From positions 1,056,001-1,120,000 of the forward strand of contig CAXXIA010000002.1 in assembly GCA_963666985.2 (NCBI GenBank): DNA of 64,000 nt, written 5' to 3'. Below are positions 34,177-44,308 of the stretch, piece by piece (position 1 is the first letter of the stretch; each line of letters opens with the position of its first letter). The position numbers were made by a program, and so were the translations under genes. The DNA is from Spirochaetia bacterium. GTDB lineage: Bacteria; Spirochaetota; Spirochaetia; DSM-2461. Under the pieces are notes generated by a model. It worked only from the letters and a program-made list of their open reading frames with translations, made no database searches and was not told the DNA's origin.

Positions 34177-34309
34177 AAAAAACCGGTCGAACCGAAGAAT
34201 CCTTATCCGGGCCATACCGCGCCGGATTCGGTCGATTCGGCACAAAGAATCAGGCACACTCCCGTTCACCCCGTGCCCAAACCACCCGCTTGCAGGCTAT
34301 CATGCCCCC

Positions 34310-36326
34310 ATGGAATCACCCGTTAACCGACACGGAACTGCGTCAAGAGCTTGATTCGATGATTCTCTCCGCCTCCGGATGGCGGAAAGTCTTCGCTCCC
34401 GACGGCGAACACGGCTCAGGAACCCTGTCCTCGGCCGCCGATACGCTCCTGGCAGCGGGCATGGGCCTCGTTTGGGGAGAATGGCTCACAGAACGTCTTG
34501 AAAAAGCAGATCCGGCCGTACTGCTTGCCACGGATACCCGGCCCACCGGCCCGCTTCTGGCCGAATTCCTGATGAGGGGGTTGGAATCCACCGGATGCCG
34601 CACCCTTTACGCCGGTATCGCGGCCGCTCCGGAAGCCATGGCCCGCTGTGGCAATGACGATGATATCAACGCCTTCGCCTATGTTTCGGCAAGCCACAAT
34701 CCGCTGGGGCACAACGGCGTGAAATTCGGCCTGGGCGGCGGTGTTATCGGCGGCGAGGATGCCAAAAATCTTATCGCGCGCTTCCGTACTCTCATCGGCT
34801 CGGAAGGGGCCGCGAAAACTCTGACGGAAATCGCCGGGGGGGCGGAGGCGCTTTCCGGCCGCGGGAAAAACATCCGGCCCGCGGAAAAGAAAGAAAAAAC
34901 TCTCTGCCTTAACTCCTACCGCGATTTTCTTGAAGAAATCGCCGGCGGCCCCGGAGACGCCGAATCGCGAAAAGAAACCCTTTCAGCCTTAAGGAAAACG
35001 CTCAAAGAGCGGCCGCTGGGCATCATCGCCGATCTGAACGGCAGCGCCCGCTGTCTTTCGGCGGATCGGGATTGGTTTGACTCCCTCGGCGTCCGTTTCG
35101 CCCCCTTCAACACAGCTCCCGGTGAAATCGCCCATGCCATTCTTCCCGAAGGCGCCTCCCTGGAGCCCTGCCGCCGGGCGCTGGAAAAGGCCCATGCCGA
35201 CGATCCTTCCGTTCTCATCGGTTATGTCCCGGACAATGATGGGGATAGGGGAAATTTAGTCATTTGGGATGACTCAACAGGCGGCGCGCGCATCCTGGAG
35301 GCCCAGGAAGTCTTCGCGCTCTCGGCTCTGGCCGAACTGGCCTCGGCCGCTTGGGCCGACGGCGGCCAGTTCAGCCACGGCACCACTGCAGGCGGCGCTC
35401 CGTGCGGCGGCGCTTCCGGCGGTAAACCTTCCGGAAACAAAGCCTCCGAACTTTCCACCGGCGAACATCTTCCCACAGGTACCGCTCAAACCGCTCCGCG
35501 AACGGCCCTTGTTGTCAACGGACCCACAAGCCACCGCGTCCGCTCAATCGCCGCCGCCTACGGAGCCGAAGTGCATGAAGCCGAAGTGGGCGAAGCCAAC
35601 GTCGTGAACCGGGCCGCCGAACTGCGCGCCGCCGGGTACCGGGTCCGCCTGCTGGGCGAGGGATCCAACGGCGGCACCATCACTCATCCCGCGGCCGTCC
35701 GCGATCCCCTGAACACCGTTACCGCCCTTCTGAAATTGCTGCGGCTTCCTTCAAAGCCCGGACGCCCCGCGCCTTTTGAGGACTGGTGCCGCCGCATCGG
35801 AAAGCCGGAGGCCCATCATAACGGATTCGGTCCCTCCGACATCCTGAAAACCCTCCCCCCTTTCACCACAACACCGGCCTCGGCCGAACGGGCGCTTATG
35901 CACATCGAAACTCTCAGTCACGGCGATCTGAAAACGGCATGGGAAGCGGTCTTCCACAGGCAATGGTCGCTCTATTCCAAGGCGCTTCAAGAAACCTATG
36001 GATTCGCCGACTGGATTGAAGTGAACAACGAAGGAACCCTCAGCCGGACGGGCGTCGGCGATGCGATGCGAAGCGGCGCGAAAAAAGGCGGGCTGAAAGT
36101 CGTTTTCCGGGATGTTCACGGCGAAGACGCAGGCTTCCTTTGGATGCGGGGCAGCGGCACCGAACCGGTCTTCCGGGTTATGACCGAAATCCGCGGCGAA
36201 AACCGCGGAGCGGAACAGGCGCTGACGGCCTGGCACCGGGGCATGGTCGGCGCGGCCGATGCGCTCGCCTTGGGAAGGAGCTTCGACGAATCGGAAATCC
36301 CCGCTCCGACGGGCGGGAATCATTAA
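34310..36326 (+). CDS. Alpha-D-phosphohexomutase (PGM/PMM) family protein
   Basis: SASGWR, DTRP, SASHNP phosphoserine loop, PDNDGDR metal loop, GEGSNGG, RGSGTEP. ATG 34310 needs one base removed at 34319-34321; the in-frame alternative start is ATG 34302. Confidence 0.85.
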
Positions 36327-36502
36327 ACCGCCGAAGCACTCCCAAACCGGCCTTCATAACGGTGAAAATATGAAGGAAAAAAATAATCGGCATGAAATGG
36401 AGATTCTTCAAACTTCGTCAATTATGATTTTTGAAAGAGATTCCATTTAAATTGTAAAAAAAGCCATTCTGCCTATGATTATTTAATAATAAGGTATGAT
36501 TT

Positions 36503-37648
36503 ATGGATAAATTCAAAACAATTGAATCGAATCTCCTCATGTCTCTTGCCATGATAATGATTATTGTTTTTGTAAGCATAAAGCGGAATACACGTTCCGT
36601 ACCCAACAGGCTTTATCTGGGATTGTGCTGGAGTACATTAATCGTTCTTATTTTTGATGCCGCCGCCATGCTTGTCGATAAAAACGTTAACGGAAATTGG
36701 ATTTGGTTGAACTATCTAACAAATTTTCTCTTATTTCTCTTTATGCCTCTGCCTTTTACCATTTGGATGTATTACACGGATTTCATCTTAAACAAAACCG
36801 AGAGAATACTAAAAAAACGCTGGTACTTTTCTTTACCATTCTTTCTGACCATTCTTGTTATGTTCTATTCAGCGTTTACAGGCTTAATTTTCTATGTTGA
36901 TAAAAACAACGTGTATCATAGAGGCCCCGGCTGCTCAATAATGATTCTTATTTACATTCTGCTTTTCTTTTATTCGTTTATTCTTGCAATTCAACATAGA
37001 CGTACGGCGGGGAAAAAGGTTCTTAGCTTAATTCTCTTTTTTGGAATAGCGCCCATACTGGGACTCATTGTTCAGCTCATTAATTACGGGATTCTTGTAA
37101 TTTGGCCTTCGGTTGCCCTTATGGTTGTGTTCGCCTATATATTTCTGGAAACCCAGAGGGAAATCAGGGACTATCTTACAGGACTCTTAAACCGTCAGCA
37201 GATTGATGAAATCATCCACAGCCGAATCATCAATTATCCAAGAAAAGGCGGTTTCGGCCTGATTATGATTGATATGGACGGTTTCAAGCAAATCAACGAT
37301 CTGTATGGTCACAGCCGGGGTGATGAAGCGCTTGTTCAGCTCTCAACCGTATTGCTCGGTCATACGAAGAGCCGTGATAGAGTGGCCCGATTCGGAGGAG
37401 ATGAATTTATTGTTTTGGTCGAATCCGATGACGAGGGTGATATTGAAAAAATCATCGACAGAATCCAAAACAAGATAAAATCGATAAATGAAAAAAGCAA
37501 TAAACCTTACAAAATTGCGATAAGCGCCGGCTACACACTCTATTCGCCCGAAAAGCATCAAAATATCACGCAGCTCCTGAATGACGCGGATGAACAAATG
37601 TATCGGATGAAAGCCGAACGGAAAAAGACAATCACCGGCACGTATTAA
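36503..37648 (+). CDS. Membrane-bound diguanylate cyclase (about 7 TM + GGDEF)
   Basis: DYLTGLLNR, IDMDGFKQINDLYGH..GD, RFGGDEF, ADEQMY; AT-rich relative to the flanks. Confidence 0.92.
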   Translation: MDKFKTIESNLLMSLAMIMIIVFVSIKRNTRSVPNRLYLGLCWSTLIVLIFDAAAMLVDKNVNGNWIWLNYLTNFLLFLFMPLPFTIWMYYTDFILNKTERILKKRWYFSLPFFLTILVMFYSAFTGLIFYVDKNNVYHRGPGCSIMILIYILLFFYSFILAIQHRRTAGKKVLSLILFFGIAPILGLIVQLINYGILVIWPSVALMVVFAYIFLETQREIRDYLTGLLNRQQIDEIIHSRIINYPRKGGFGLIMIDMDGFKQINDLYGHSRGDEALVQLSTVLLGHTKSRDRVARFGGDEFIVLVESDDEGDIEKIIDRIQNKIKSINEKSNKPYKIAISAGYTLYSPEKHQNITQLLNDADEQMYRMKAERKKTITGTY

Positions 37649-37751
37649 ACGGCTCCGAGAAACACTCTTTTTCCCGATAAGAAAAAGACCGCGGATTCAA
37701 AAAAACGAAAGATTCCCGGGATTGATGAAAAGAAATGCGGCGCGGACGAAC

Positions 37752-38756
37752 CTAAGCCACGCCCACCGCTTTTCGAAGCCGTGAAATCGTCTTTTGCGCC
37801 ACCGCTCTGGCGCGCTCGGCGCCATTCGCGAGAACGGCGTCTATCTGCGCGGTATCGGCCATCAGCGCGTCGTAGGTTTCGCGCATCGGAGCGATAATCT
37901 CGTTGAGTTTCTCAAAAAGCTCCTGTTTCGCGTGCCCCCAGCCCATGCCTCCGGCGCGGTATCGCGCGGCCAGAGCCGCTTGTTCCTGTGAACTTGAAAA
38001 AAGCTTGTAAAGCGCGAAGACGTTGCATGTTTCGGGATCCTTAGGCTCCTCCACGCTCTGACTGTTGGTAACGATCTTCATAATCGTCTTGCGAAGCTGC
38101 TTTTCAGGCATGAAAAGAGGAATATGATTGTCGTAGCTCTTGGACATCTTCCTCCCATCCAGCCCCGGTATGGTCATCAAATCTTCGCTGGTGCGGGCCT
38201 GCGGGATGGTCAGAAGCTCTTTCCCATAATTATGGTTGATCACCCCGGCGATGTCCTGGGCCATTTCCACGTGCTGCACCTGATCTTTCCCCACCGGCAC
38301 CATGTCGGTATCGAACAGCAGGATGTCCGCGGCCATCAGCACCGGATATGTGTAAAGCCCCATATTAATCTGATGATCGTCGCTCTGACCCTTTTCCCGA
38401 TTGGCGTCTACCGCCGCCTTGTAGGCATGCGCCCGATTCATGAGCCCCTTGGCCGTAAAGGCCATCAGAATCGTTGTGAGTTCAAACGTTTCGGGAATGT
38501 CGGACTGCTTATAAAGAAGAACCTTTTCCGGATCCAAACCGGCGGCCAGCCACACCGCGGCAACCTCATAGATATAAGAACGCAGAGTTTTTGCGTCCCG
38601 GACGGAATTCAGTGAATGATAATCGGCTATGAAAAACCGGGCCTCGGTGTTTTCCTCTTCAGCCATGTTTAAAGCCGGACGAATGGCTCCGAGGTAATTG
38701 CCCAAATGGGGCATTCCGGTGGGCTTAATTCCCGTCAAAACAACCTTACTGCTCAT
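37752..38756 (-). CDS. trpS: Tryptophanyl-tRNA synthetase
   Basis: TGIKPTG.PHLGNY, YPVLMAADIL, VPVGKDQ.QH, KMSKS. Confidence 0.96.
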   Translation of the reverse strand: MSSKVVLTGIKPTGMPHLGNYLGAIRPALNMAEEENTEARFFIADYHSLNSVRDAKTLRSYIYEVAAVWLAAGLDPEKVLLYKQSDIPETFELTTILMAFTAKGLMNRAHAYKAAVDANREKGQSDDHQINMGLYTYPVLMAADILLFDTDMVPVGKDQVQHVEMAQDIAGVINHNYGKELLTIPQARTSEDLMTIPGLDGRKMSKSYDNHIPLFMPEKQLRKTIMKIVTNSQSVEEPKDPETCNVFALYKLFSSSQEQAALAARYRAGGMGWGHAKQELFEKLNEIIAPMRETYDALMADTAQIDAVLANGAERARAVAQKTISRLRKAVGVA

Positions 38757-38933
38757 GAACCATGAGTATAGTCACGCATAATGAATGGGTGAAGAGGAAC
38801 CTAATCCTTAAATCATCTGCAAATTATGAGGATAAGAACCTAATAAAATCCCTTCGGCCGTCGCTAATCAGGAGGAAATTGATCAAAAAAACAAGATCGC
38901 GATTAAATACCCGATAATCGAATCCCGCCCTCT

Positions 38934-38977
38934 GTTCACCAGATCTTCACAAAACCTACAAAGAATCTCCCCAACTA
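38934..38977 (+). promoter_or_regulatory. Four 11-bp-phased degenerate direct repeats; candidate OmpR-family binding site
   Basis: gttcaccagat / cttcacaaaac / ctacaaagaat / ctccccaacta upstream of the response-regulator -10 box. Confidence 0.45.
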
Positions 38978-39013
38978 CTAGCGTGCGGGGCACCCGTCGT
39001 CTAATATTGAATC

Positions 39014-39700
39014 ATGGCACATGTTTTCGTTGTCGATGATAATGCCTCCATCCGAGAAGCCGTTACCGGCTATCTTCAGCTTGCCGATCACACGGTATCC
39101 GGATTCGGCGATCTTTCGGGTGTAAAAACCGCTCTGGAAACAACCACGCCCGATCTTATTCTCCTGGACGTAATGCTCCCCGACGGAGACGGTTTCATCT
39201 TCGCCAAAGAGCTTCTGAGCAGCCGGTCCATACCGCTCATTTTCATGTCGGCCCGCGAATCCGAATCCGACCGTATCACCGGATTCGAAATAGGCGCCGA
39301 CGACTATATTGTGAAACCTTTCAGTCCGAAAGAACTGGTTCTGAGGGTGGCGGCCGTTCTGAAACGGGCCTCGGGCCCCTCGGCACCGGCGGGAGGAGGG
39401 AACTGGGTTCTGGACAATCAGGTGCTTACCATTGATGAGAACGCCCACAGAGTCATGTTAAACGGGGAAATGCTCAACCTCACCGCCGCGGAATGGAAAA
39501 TCCTCCTCTTTCTCTCCTCCAACGGCGGTACCGTCGTGACTCGGGAACAAATTCTGGACCGCTGTTTGGAATATTCTTTTGAAGGGTACGACAGAACGGT
39601 GGACACTCATATCAAAAATCTTCGGGCGAAACTGGATAAACCCGATTGGATCGAAACGGTTCGCGGTTACGGATATCGTTTCGCGGGAGAATCGAGATAA
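39014..39700 (+). CDS. OmpR/PhoB-family response regulator (no adjacent kinase)
   Basis: VVDD, LLDVMLPDGDG, GADDYIVKPF, RTVDTHIKNLRAKL, TVRGYGY. Confidence 0.94.
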   Translation: MAHVFVVDDNASIREAVTGYLQLADHTVSGFGDLSGVKTALETTTPDLILLDVMLPDGDGFIFAKELLSSRSIPLIFMSARESESDRITGFEIGADDYIVKPFSPKELVLRVAAVLKRASGPSAPAGGGNWVLDNQVLTIDENAHRVMLNGEMLNLTAAEWKILLFLSSNGGTVVTREQILDRCLEYSFEGYDRTVDTHIKNLRAKLDKPDWIETVRGYGYRFAGESR

Positions 39701-39934
39701 ACCTTTCTCCATTTCCCCGAATAAATTATCTCATGACAAATCCTCAAAAAACGTCTAAATAAGCAAAGATAATCCGGCTTATTCGTCACTCCTTTTCAAC
39801 CCCAATGAAATCGGTATATTCACTTTTCATAAGCATTTCATTTGAAACCGATATAAAAAAATCATCCTAAAAAACCAACATATTTGTCTATAAATCAATA
39901 TTTTACTTCCATTACTATCTTGAAAGCATTGTCC

Positions 39935-39964
39935 TTGACAGTTCTTTTCAGGCCTTGTTATACT
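39935..39964 (+). promoter_or_regulatory. Near-consensus sigma70 promoter
   Basis: TTGACA (39935-39940), 18 nt spacer, TGn-TATACT (39959-39964). Confidence 0.75.
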
Positions 39965-40042
39965 CGTTCATAATCAACTGCGGGAGTTAGGCCGTCGGCT
40001 TTATCCCGTGGATAAAATCACAAGGAAAGGGATGATTAAGAA

Positions 40043-41164
40043 ATGAAGAAACTTTCTCTCATTCTGGTTCTTCTTCTCGCTGTTGGTCTTGCCGCGTTTG
40101 CCGGTGAGCCTTCCGTTAGTGGTACTTTAGGTACTCAAATCAACTTCGACGATGATGGTGATATCGGTAACATCGGTAAGTTACGTGTCGCTCTTGCATT
40201 CCCCGTGGGTGACTATATCACCGTAAACATGGATCTGCGAAACGATGCATGGGCGTCCGGCACCATCGCCGATACGACCTTCACCGACAGCGGTACAGAT
40301 ACTGTCGATGTCGGTTTCGATCTGCCGGGTTACTTCTACTTCAACCAGGTTTATGCCACCACCGACATTTCCGGTATTTTCGGCATCGACGCCGTTGCTC
40401 TGAAGCTCTACACCGGTAACTTCGAGTACTGGATTGCCAACTGGAACTCCCCCACTTCAACCAACCGCGCTCGGGTTGTTGAGACCTTCCAAATTGGTGG
40501 ATCGGATGCTTCTCCCGACATGGCTTTGGATGTCGGCATCGGTTCTTTCGGTACCATTGCGGCTTACATTGAGACCACTGCTGGTTCCGATACACTCGGC
40601 TACAAGTTCGGTTTCATTCTCGGACCTGTTGTCGACGGTTTGAACGCCGCCCTTTCTTACAGCGGTACCGATGGCATTTCCTACATGAAGGTAGAAGCTG
40701 GTTACACCCTCGCTTTCGGCGACGGCATGAGCCTCTACATTCCCGTGGGCTTTATTTATGACCTCGAAGGCGAAGCAATGACCCTTGGTTTCGGTGCTAA
40801 GTTCTCTGGATTTGGCCTGAGCTTGGGTGCTGGTGCCAAACTTGCCACCAACACTGCTGATGAGATTTTCTTCTCCGTTCTCGACATCCAGCTTGCATAT
40901 GCCGTTATGGATAGCGGTTTGAGCATTTATGTAAATGCTTTCGGCGATCCTTCCGACATTGCTGACGGCGGTGCTGATGATGATTTCCTTCAGGCACTTG
41001 ATTTTGGTCTGAGCTATGACTTGGCCGGAAACACAATGTATGTCGGTTATGTTGCCGGTCTTGGCGACAGCGACACCACTGTTCCTCTGATGATGGACGA
41101 CAGCACAGGTCGTCATGGTATCACTGGAAGCGGTTTCTACATTGTTAACCGCATCAACTTCTAA
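40043..41164 (+). CDS. Putative abundant outer-membrane beta-barrel protein / porin
   Basis: Signal peptide ending AFA, Gly/aromatic amphipathic strands, terminal Phe; strongly skewed codon use (GGT, GCT, TTC, AAC). Confidence 0.78.
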   Translation: MKKLSLILVLLLAVGLAAFAGEPSVSGTLGTQINFDDDGDIGNIGKLRVALAFPVGDYITVNMDLRNDAWASGTIADTTFTDSGTDTVDVGFDLPGYFYFNQVYATTDISGIFGIDAVALKLYTGNFEYWIANWNSPTSTNRARVVETFQIGGSDASPDMALDVGIGSFGTIAAYIETTAGSDTLGYKFGFILGPVVDGLNAALSYSGTDGISYMKVEAGYTLAFGDGMSLYIPVGFIYDLEGEAMTLGFGAKFSGFGLSLGAGAKLATNTADEIFFSVLDIQLAYAVMDSGLSIYVNAFGDPSDIADGGADDDFLQALDFGLSYDLAGNTMYVGYVAGLGDSDTTVPLMMDDSTGRHGITGSGFYIVNRINF

Positions 41165-41195
41165 TTCAGTTTCTCTGGATTGAACTTGACTTAAC

Positions 41196-41229
41196 AAACC
41201 CCGGGTTTCGGCCCGGGGTTTTTCTTTTC
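41196..41229 (+). terminator. Intrinsic terminator
   Basis: aaaccccggg-tttcgg-cccggggttt followed by T-tract. Confidence 0.85.
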
Positions 41230-41285
41230 TGACAATTTTTCCATCTTTCTTTTCTTTTGTAGCGTCCCGAGATAGGATGGATTTC

Positions 41286-41954
41286 ATGAAAAAACTGCTG
41301 ATTATCGGAGCCCTGCTCCTCTCCCTTCTTGCCGCTTCGTGTCAAACGGCAATACCGGAAATGCCCTGGACCGAATATGAAGTCTCCGGCATTGTTTTAA
41401 AAGTTCGCCCTGCCAGCCGGGAATCGCTCATTGAGAAATATGGCAATCCCAATACCGTGATGAATCCTTTACTCGATTATCCCAGCCTCATCCAGCAGCG
41501 AAAACTTTTTGTTCTGGAAGTGGAGATGTCTTCACCGGAAGTGGAAATTGAACTCATCACCCGGGAAACCACACTGGTCTATACCAGTGAAAAGAAAAGT
41601 AAAAACATTTTCAATCCTGAAACACAAGCTCTGGATGCGAAGCATCTCCAGGATGAATGGCTTGTCTATATGGAGAATTACGAACATTCGAAAATCCCCG
41701 AAATGACTTATAAAACGTACGATGCCCTGCCCGGCAACCTGGTGGCCAAACCCGGAGAACCGGCCAAGGGCTATCTCGTATTCCTTCGCCGATTTCCCAC
41801 ATCAGGCACGGCGGAACTCTCCCTGGCTCTTAAATCCGCGAACGGCGATACGGGCAGTATTCCCATCTCTATTGAAATCCCGGATTTAAACAAGAATAAG
41901 AAAACCGAGGTTCAAGAGAACACGGGAATATTCGCAGAACCGGCGAGCGAATAA
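41286..41954 (+). CDS. Hypothetical lipoprotein
   Basis: MKKLLIIGALLLSLLAAS-C lipobox. Confidence 0.8.
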   Translation: MKKLLIIGALLLSLLAASCQTAIPEMPWTEYEVSGIVLKVRPASRESLIEKYGNPNTVMNPLLDYPSLIQQRKLFVLEVEMSSPEVEIELITRETTLVYTSEKKSKNIFNPETQALDAKHLQDEWLVYMENYEHSKIPEMTYKTYDALPGNLVAKPGEPAKGYLVFLRRFPTSGTAELSLALKSANGDTGSIPISIEIPDLNKNKKTEVQENTGIFAEPASE

Positions 41955-41966
41955 AATCAATTAAGG

Positions 41967-41995
41967 GGCCTTCCGGCATCCGGAAGGCCTTTTTC
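41967..41995 (+). terminator. Intrinsic terminator between convergent genes
   Basis: ggccttccgg-cat-ccggaaggcc followed by T6. Confidence 0.8.
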
Positions 41996-42016
41996 AACGG
42001 AATTGCAGCCGCCGCG

Positions 42017-43123
42017 TTATTCCTGCGGAGGCCGTAAGGAGTTCTTTTTTCCGGAATCGCCGTTTCCGCCGCGGTTTCGGATTCGCCAGGTTCGCCGGAA
42101 CGAGCGGCTCATCCTTCCCGAACCCATCATAACGGCCAAAGGTTTGAGCTCTTCGATATGATTTAAGATGATTCTCAACGCCACGGTGAGCGGCACGGCC
42201 AAAAACATGCCCGTGATGCCCCAAATCCAGCCCCAGACCACCAGCGATATTAAAATAACCAGCGGACTCAAATCCAGCTGGTCGCCCTGCAGGGTGGGAT
42301 CCAGAATGTTTCCCATGACAATCTGAATGGCAGGCATGCAAATCCAGACCGCGGCAATTCGGTTCCACTCCGGAAAAAACTGTATAAGCCCCAGAGTCAT
42401 GGTGGCAACCATGATGAAAAAACTGCCCAAATTGGGAATAAAATTCAAAAGAAAGGCCAAGAGTCCCCAAAGCGGCGCCAAATCCTGACCGATAATGCTC
42501 AGCGACGCCCAGACAAGGATTCCCGTAATAGCGCTTATAAAGGTTTTTACCGTTAAATAACGGGCAACCTGCCGCGAAACGTCGGTTACGGCCCGTCCGA
42601 CTTTGATACTGATTCGGCGGGGAAAGGCCCGGCGGAATTTTCTCCAGGAAAGCGCGGTTTCGGCCAGCATGAAGATAAGAAAAAGCAGAACAAGCCCCAA
42701 ATGAGTTCCGAAAGAAACGAAGCTTCCGCTGATCTGCATAATGCGGTCGATGAGTCCTTGGGTCCAGCCGAATTGCGGGAAGTACTCCCTGGGGAGTCCG
42801 AATCGGCCCCACAGCTCGCTCAGAATCTGAATAAAACGCTTTTGATAGACACCGAAAACCTGCGTAAAGGTGCGCAGACTCGAATAGAACAGACGCCCTA
42901 CGGCGTAAAGAAGAACAAAGAGAGTCGCCATAACCAGGATAATCCCCACAAGACGCGGGATTTTCCATTTATTCAGCTTATTCACCACCGGCGTGAGCAT
43001 CAGAGAAAGCAGTCCGGCAATCACCAACGGGATAAAAACGGATTTGAGAAGATGCATCACCGCCAGAACGGCGATTGCCGTAAGAATACCGATGAAGAGA
43101 ATCTCGACGTTTTTGGTTTTCAC
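42017..43123 (-). CDS. AI-2E (PerM/TqsA) family transporter
   Basis: Multi-TM; LNFIPNLGS, GNILDP, WGWIWGITGMFLAVPLT. Confidence 0.9.
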   Translation of the reverse strand: MKTKNVEILFIGILTAIAVLAVMHLLKSVFIPLVIAGLLSLMLTPVVNKLNKWKIPRLVGIILVMATLFVLLYAVGRLFYSSLRTFTQVFGVYQKRFIQILSELWGRFGLPREYFPQFGWTQGLIDRIMQISGSFVSFGTHLGLVLLFLIFMLAETALSWRKFRRAFPRRISIKVGRAVTDVSRQVARYLTVKTFISAITGILVWASLSIIGQDLAPLWGLLAFLLNFIPNLGSFFIMVATMTLGLIQFFPEWNRIAAVWICMPAIQIVMGNILDPTLQGDQLDLSPLVILISLVVWGWIWGITGMFLAVPLTVALRIILNHIEELKPLAVMMGSGRMSRSFRRTWRIRNRGGNGDSGKKNSLRPPQE

Positions 43124-43223
43124 TCTTTCATTGTACCGATTTGAGCTCCGAGAGTGTAATAATCCTTATCCGAAATGCTCGAAAGGACTTCCCTCACCGA
43201 TGCGATTCGTTTAGATTCCCCCC

Positions 43224-43832
43224 ATGGCCGCTATTGTTCCGCTGCTCAAAAACATTCGATTTCTCACTTCATCGCCGAGTTTCACCTCCCTTCCGGCCGA
43301 TACGGGCGTTGAAGTGGCCTTCGCCGGACGTTCCAACGCCGGCAAGTCCTCGGTGCTGAACTGCCTCACAAACCGAAAATCCCTGGCGAAGACTTCATCC
43401 ACTCCCGGAAAAACGCGTCATATCAACCTTTACGGCCTGACTCAAGACGCCGGCATCAGACTGGCCGATCTTCCCGGATACGGATACGCCAAGGTTAACG
43501 TTAAAGAACAGGAACGCTGGGGAAACGAACTGACACGCTATGTAACCGAAAGGGAATGCCTTAGGGGTATCGTCATCGTTATGGATATCCGCCATCCTCT
43601 TACCGACAACGACAGGCAGATGCTCACTCTCTGCCGTACGGGGGGAAAGCCTGTTCATGTCCTTTTAAACAAAGCCGATAAGCTCTCTTCGAATAAAAAG
43701 GCCGTTCTGTTGAAAAAAGTGGAAAAGGATTTGGCGTTTCTCGCGCCCGGGGCTACGCTTGGCGCATTCTCGGCACTCAAAGGAGACGGACTGCCGGAAT
43801 TCCGGAACGTCTTGGAAAACTGGCTGGATTAA
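43224..43832 (+). CDS. engB: Ribosome-biogenesis GTPase EngB/YihA/YsxC
   Basis: EVAFAGRSNAGKSS, SSTPGKT, DLPGYGYA, NKADK, FSA. Confidence 0.95.
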   Translation: MAAIVPLLKNIRFLTSSPSFTSLPADTGVEVAFAGRSNAGKSSVLNCLTNRKSLAKTSSTPGKTRHINLYGLTQDAGIRLADLPGYGYAKVNVKEQERWGNELTRYVTERECLRGIVIVMDIRHPLTDNDRQMLTLCRTGGKPVHVLLNKADKLSSNKKAVLLKKVEKDLAFLAPGATLGAFSALKGDGLPEFRNVLENWLD

Positions 43833-43933
43833 TCCCTGCCGGAATGCCTAGAGACGATACCGGCAAGGTATTAATAAACGCGACGCCTTCGCGGGGTCAG
43901 TAAAAAAAATATCCGCCGGAGCGCCTTTTTACG

Positions 43934-44134
43934 TTACGCTCCCGTGGGAGTCAGATAATCGGTGCGCAGACAGGATTCAAAGAGCGACCGGGGAAGAAAT
44001 TCCTTCTTTTCATCTTTCCAGCCGGATTCCACTTTGGTTATGATTACCGAAAAACCGGCTTGCGTTTCCTTGGTTACTTTCAAATATTGTTCACCGGTTC
44101 CCTTGATGCGATACTCTTTCTTGATGCTGTTCAC
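43934..44134 (-). CDS. Small conserved-looking hypothetical protein (66 aa)
   Basis: Strong SD GGAGGTG before GTG 44134; ends LFESCLRTDYLT. Confidence 0.72.
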   Translation of the reverse strand: MNSIKKEYRIKGTGEQYLKVTKETQAGFSVIITKVESGWKDEKKEFLPRSLFESCLRTDYLTPTGA

Positions 44135-44308
44135 AAACTCACCTCCAGAAATAATGGGCTCTCCTGAACGAACGAAACGGCTCGGCACTCCCGCGCCGCT
44201 TCACCGATACCCGGCGGCAGCCTCTTTTTTGATTCTCGGCTTTTTACGGAAGCCTGCTGAATTTCGAAAGCCCTTATCGTCAACGGGAAAAAAAACTATC
44301 ATGTGTCC

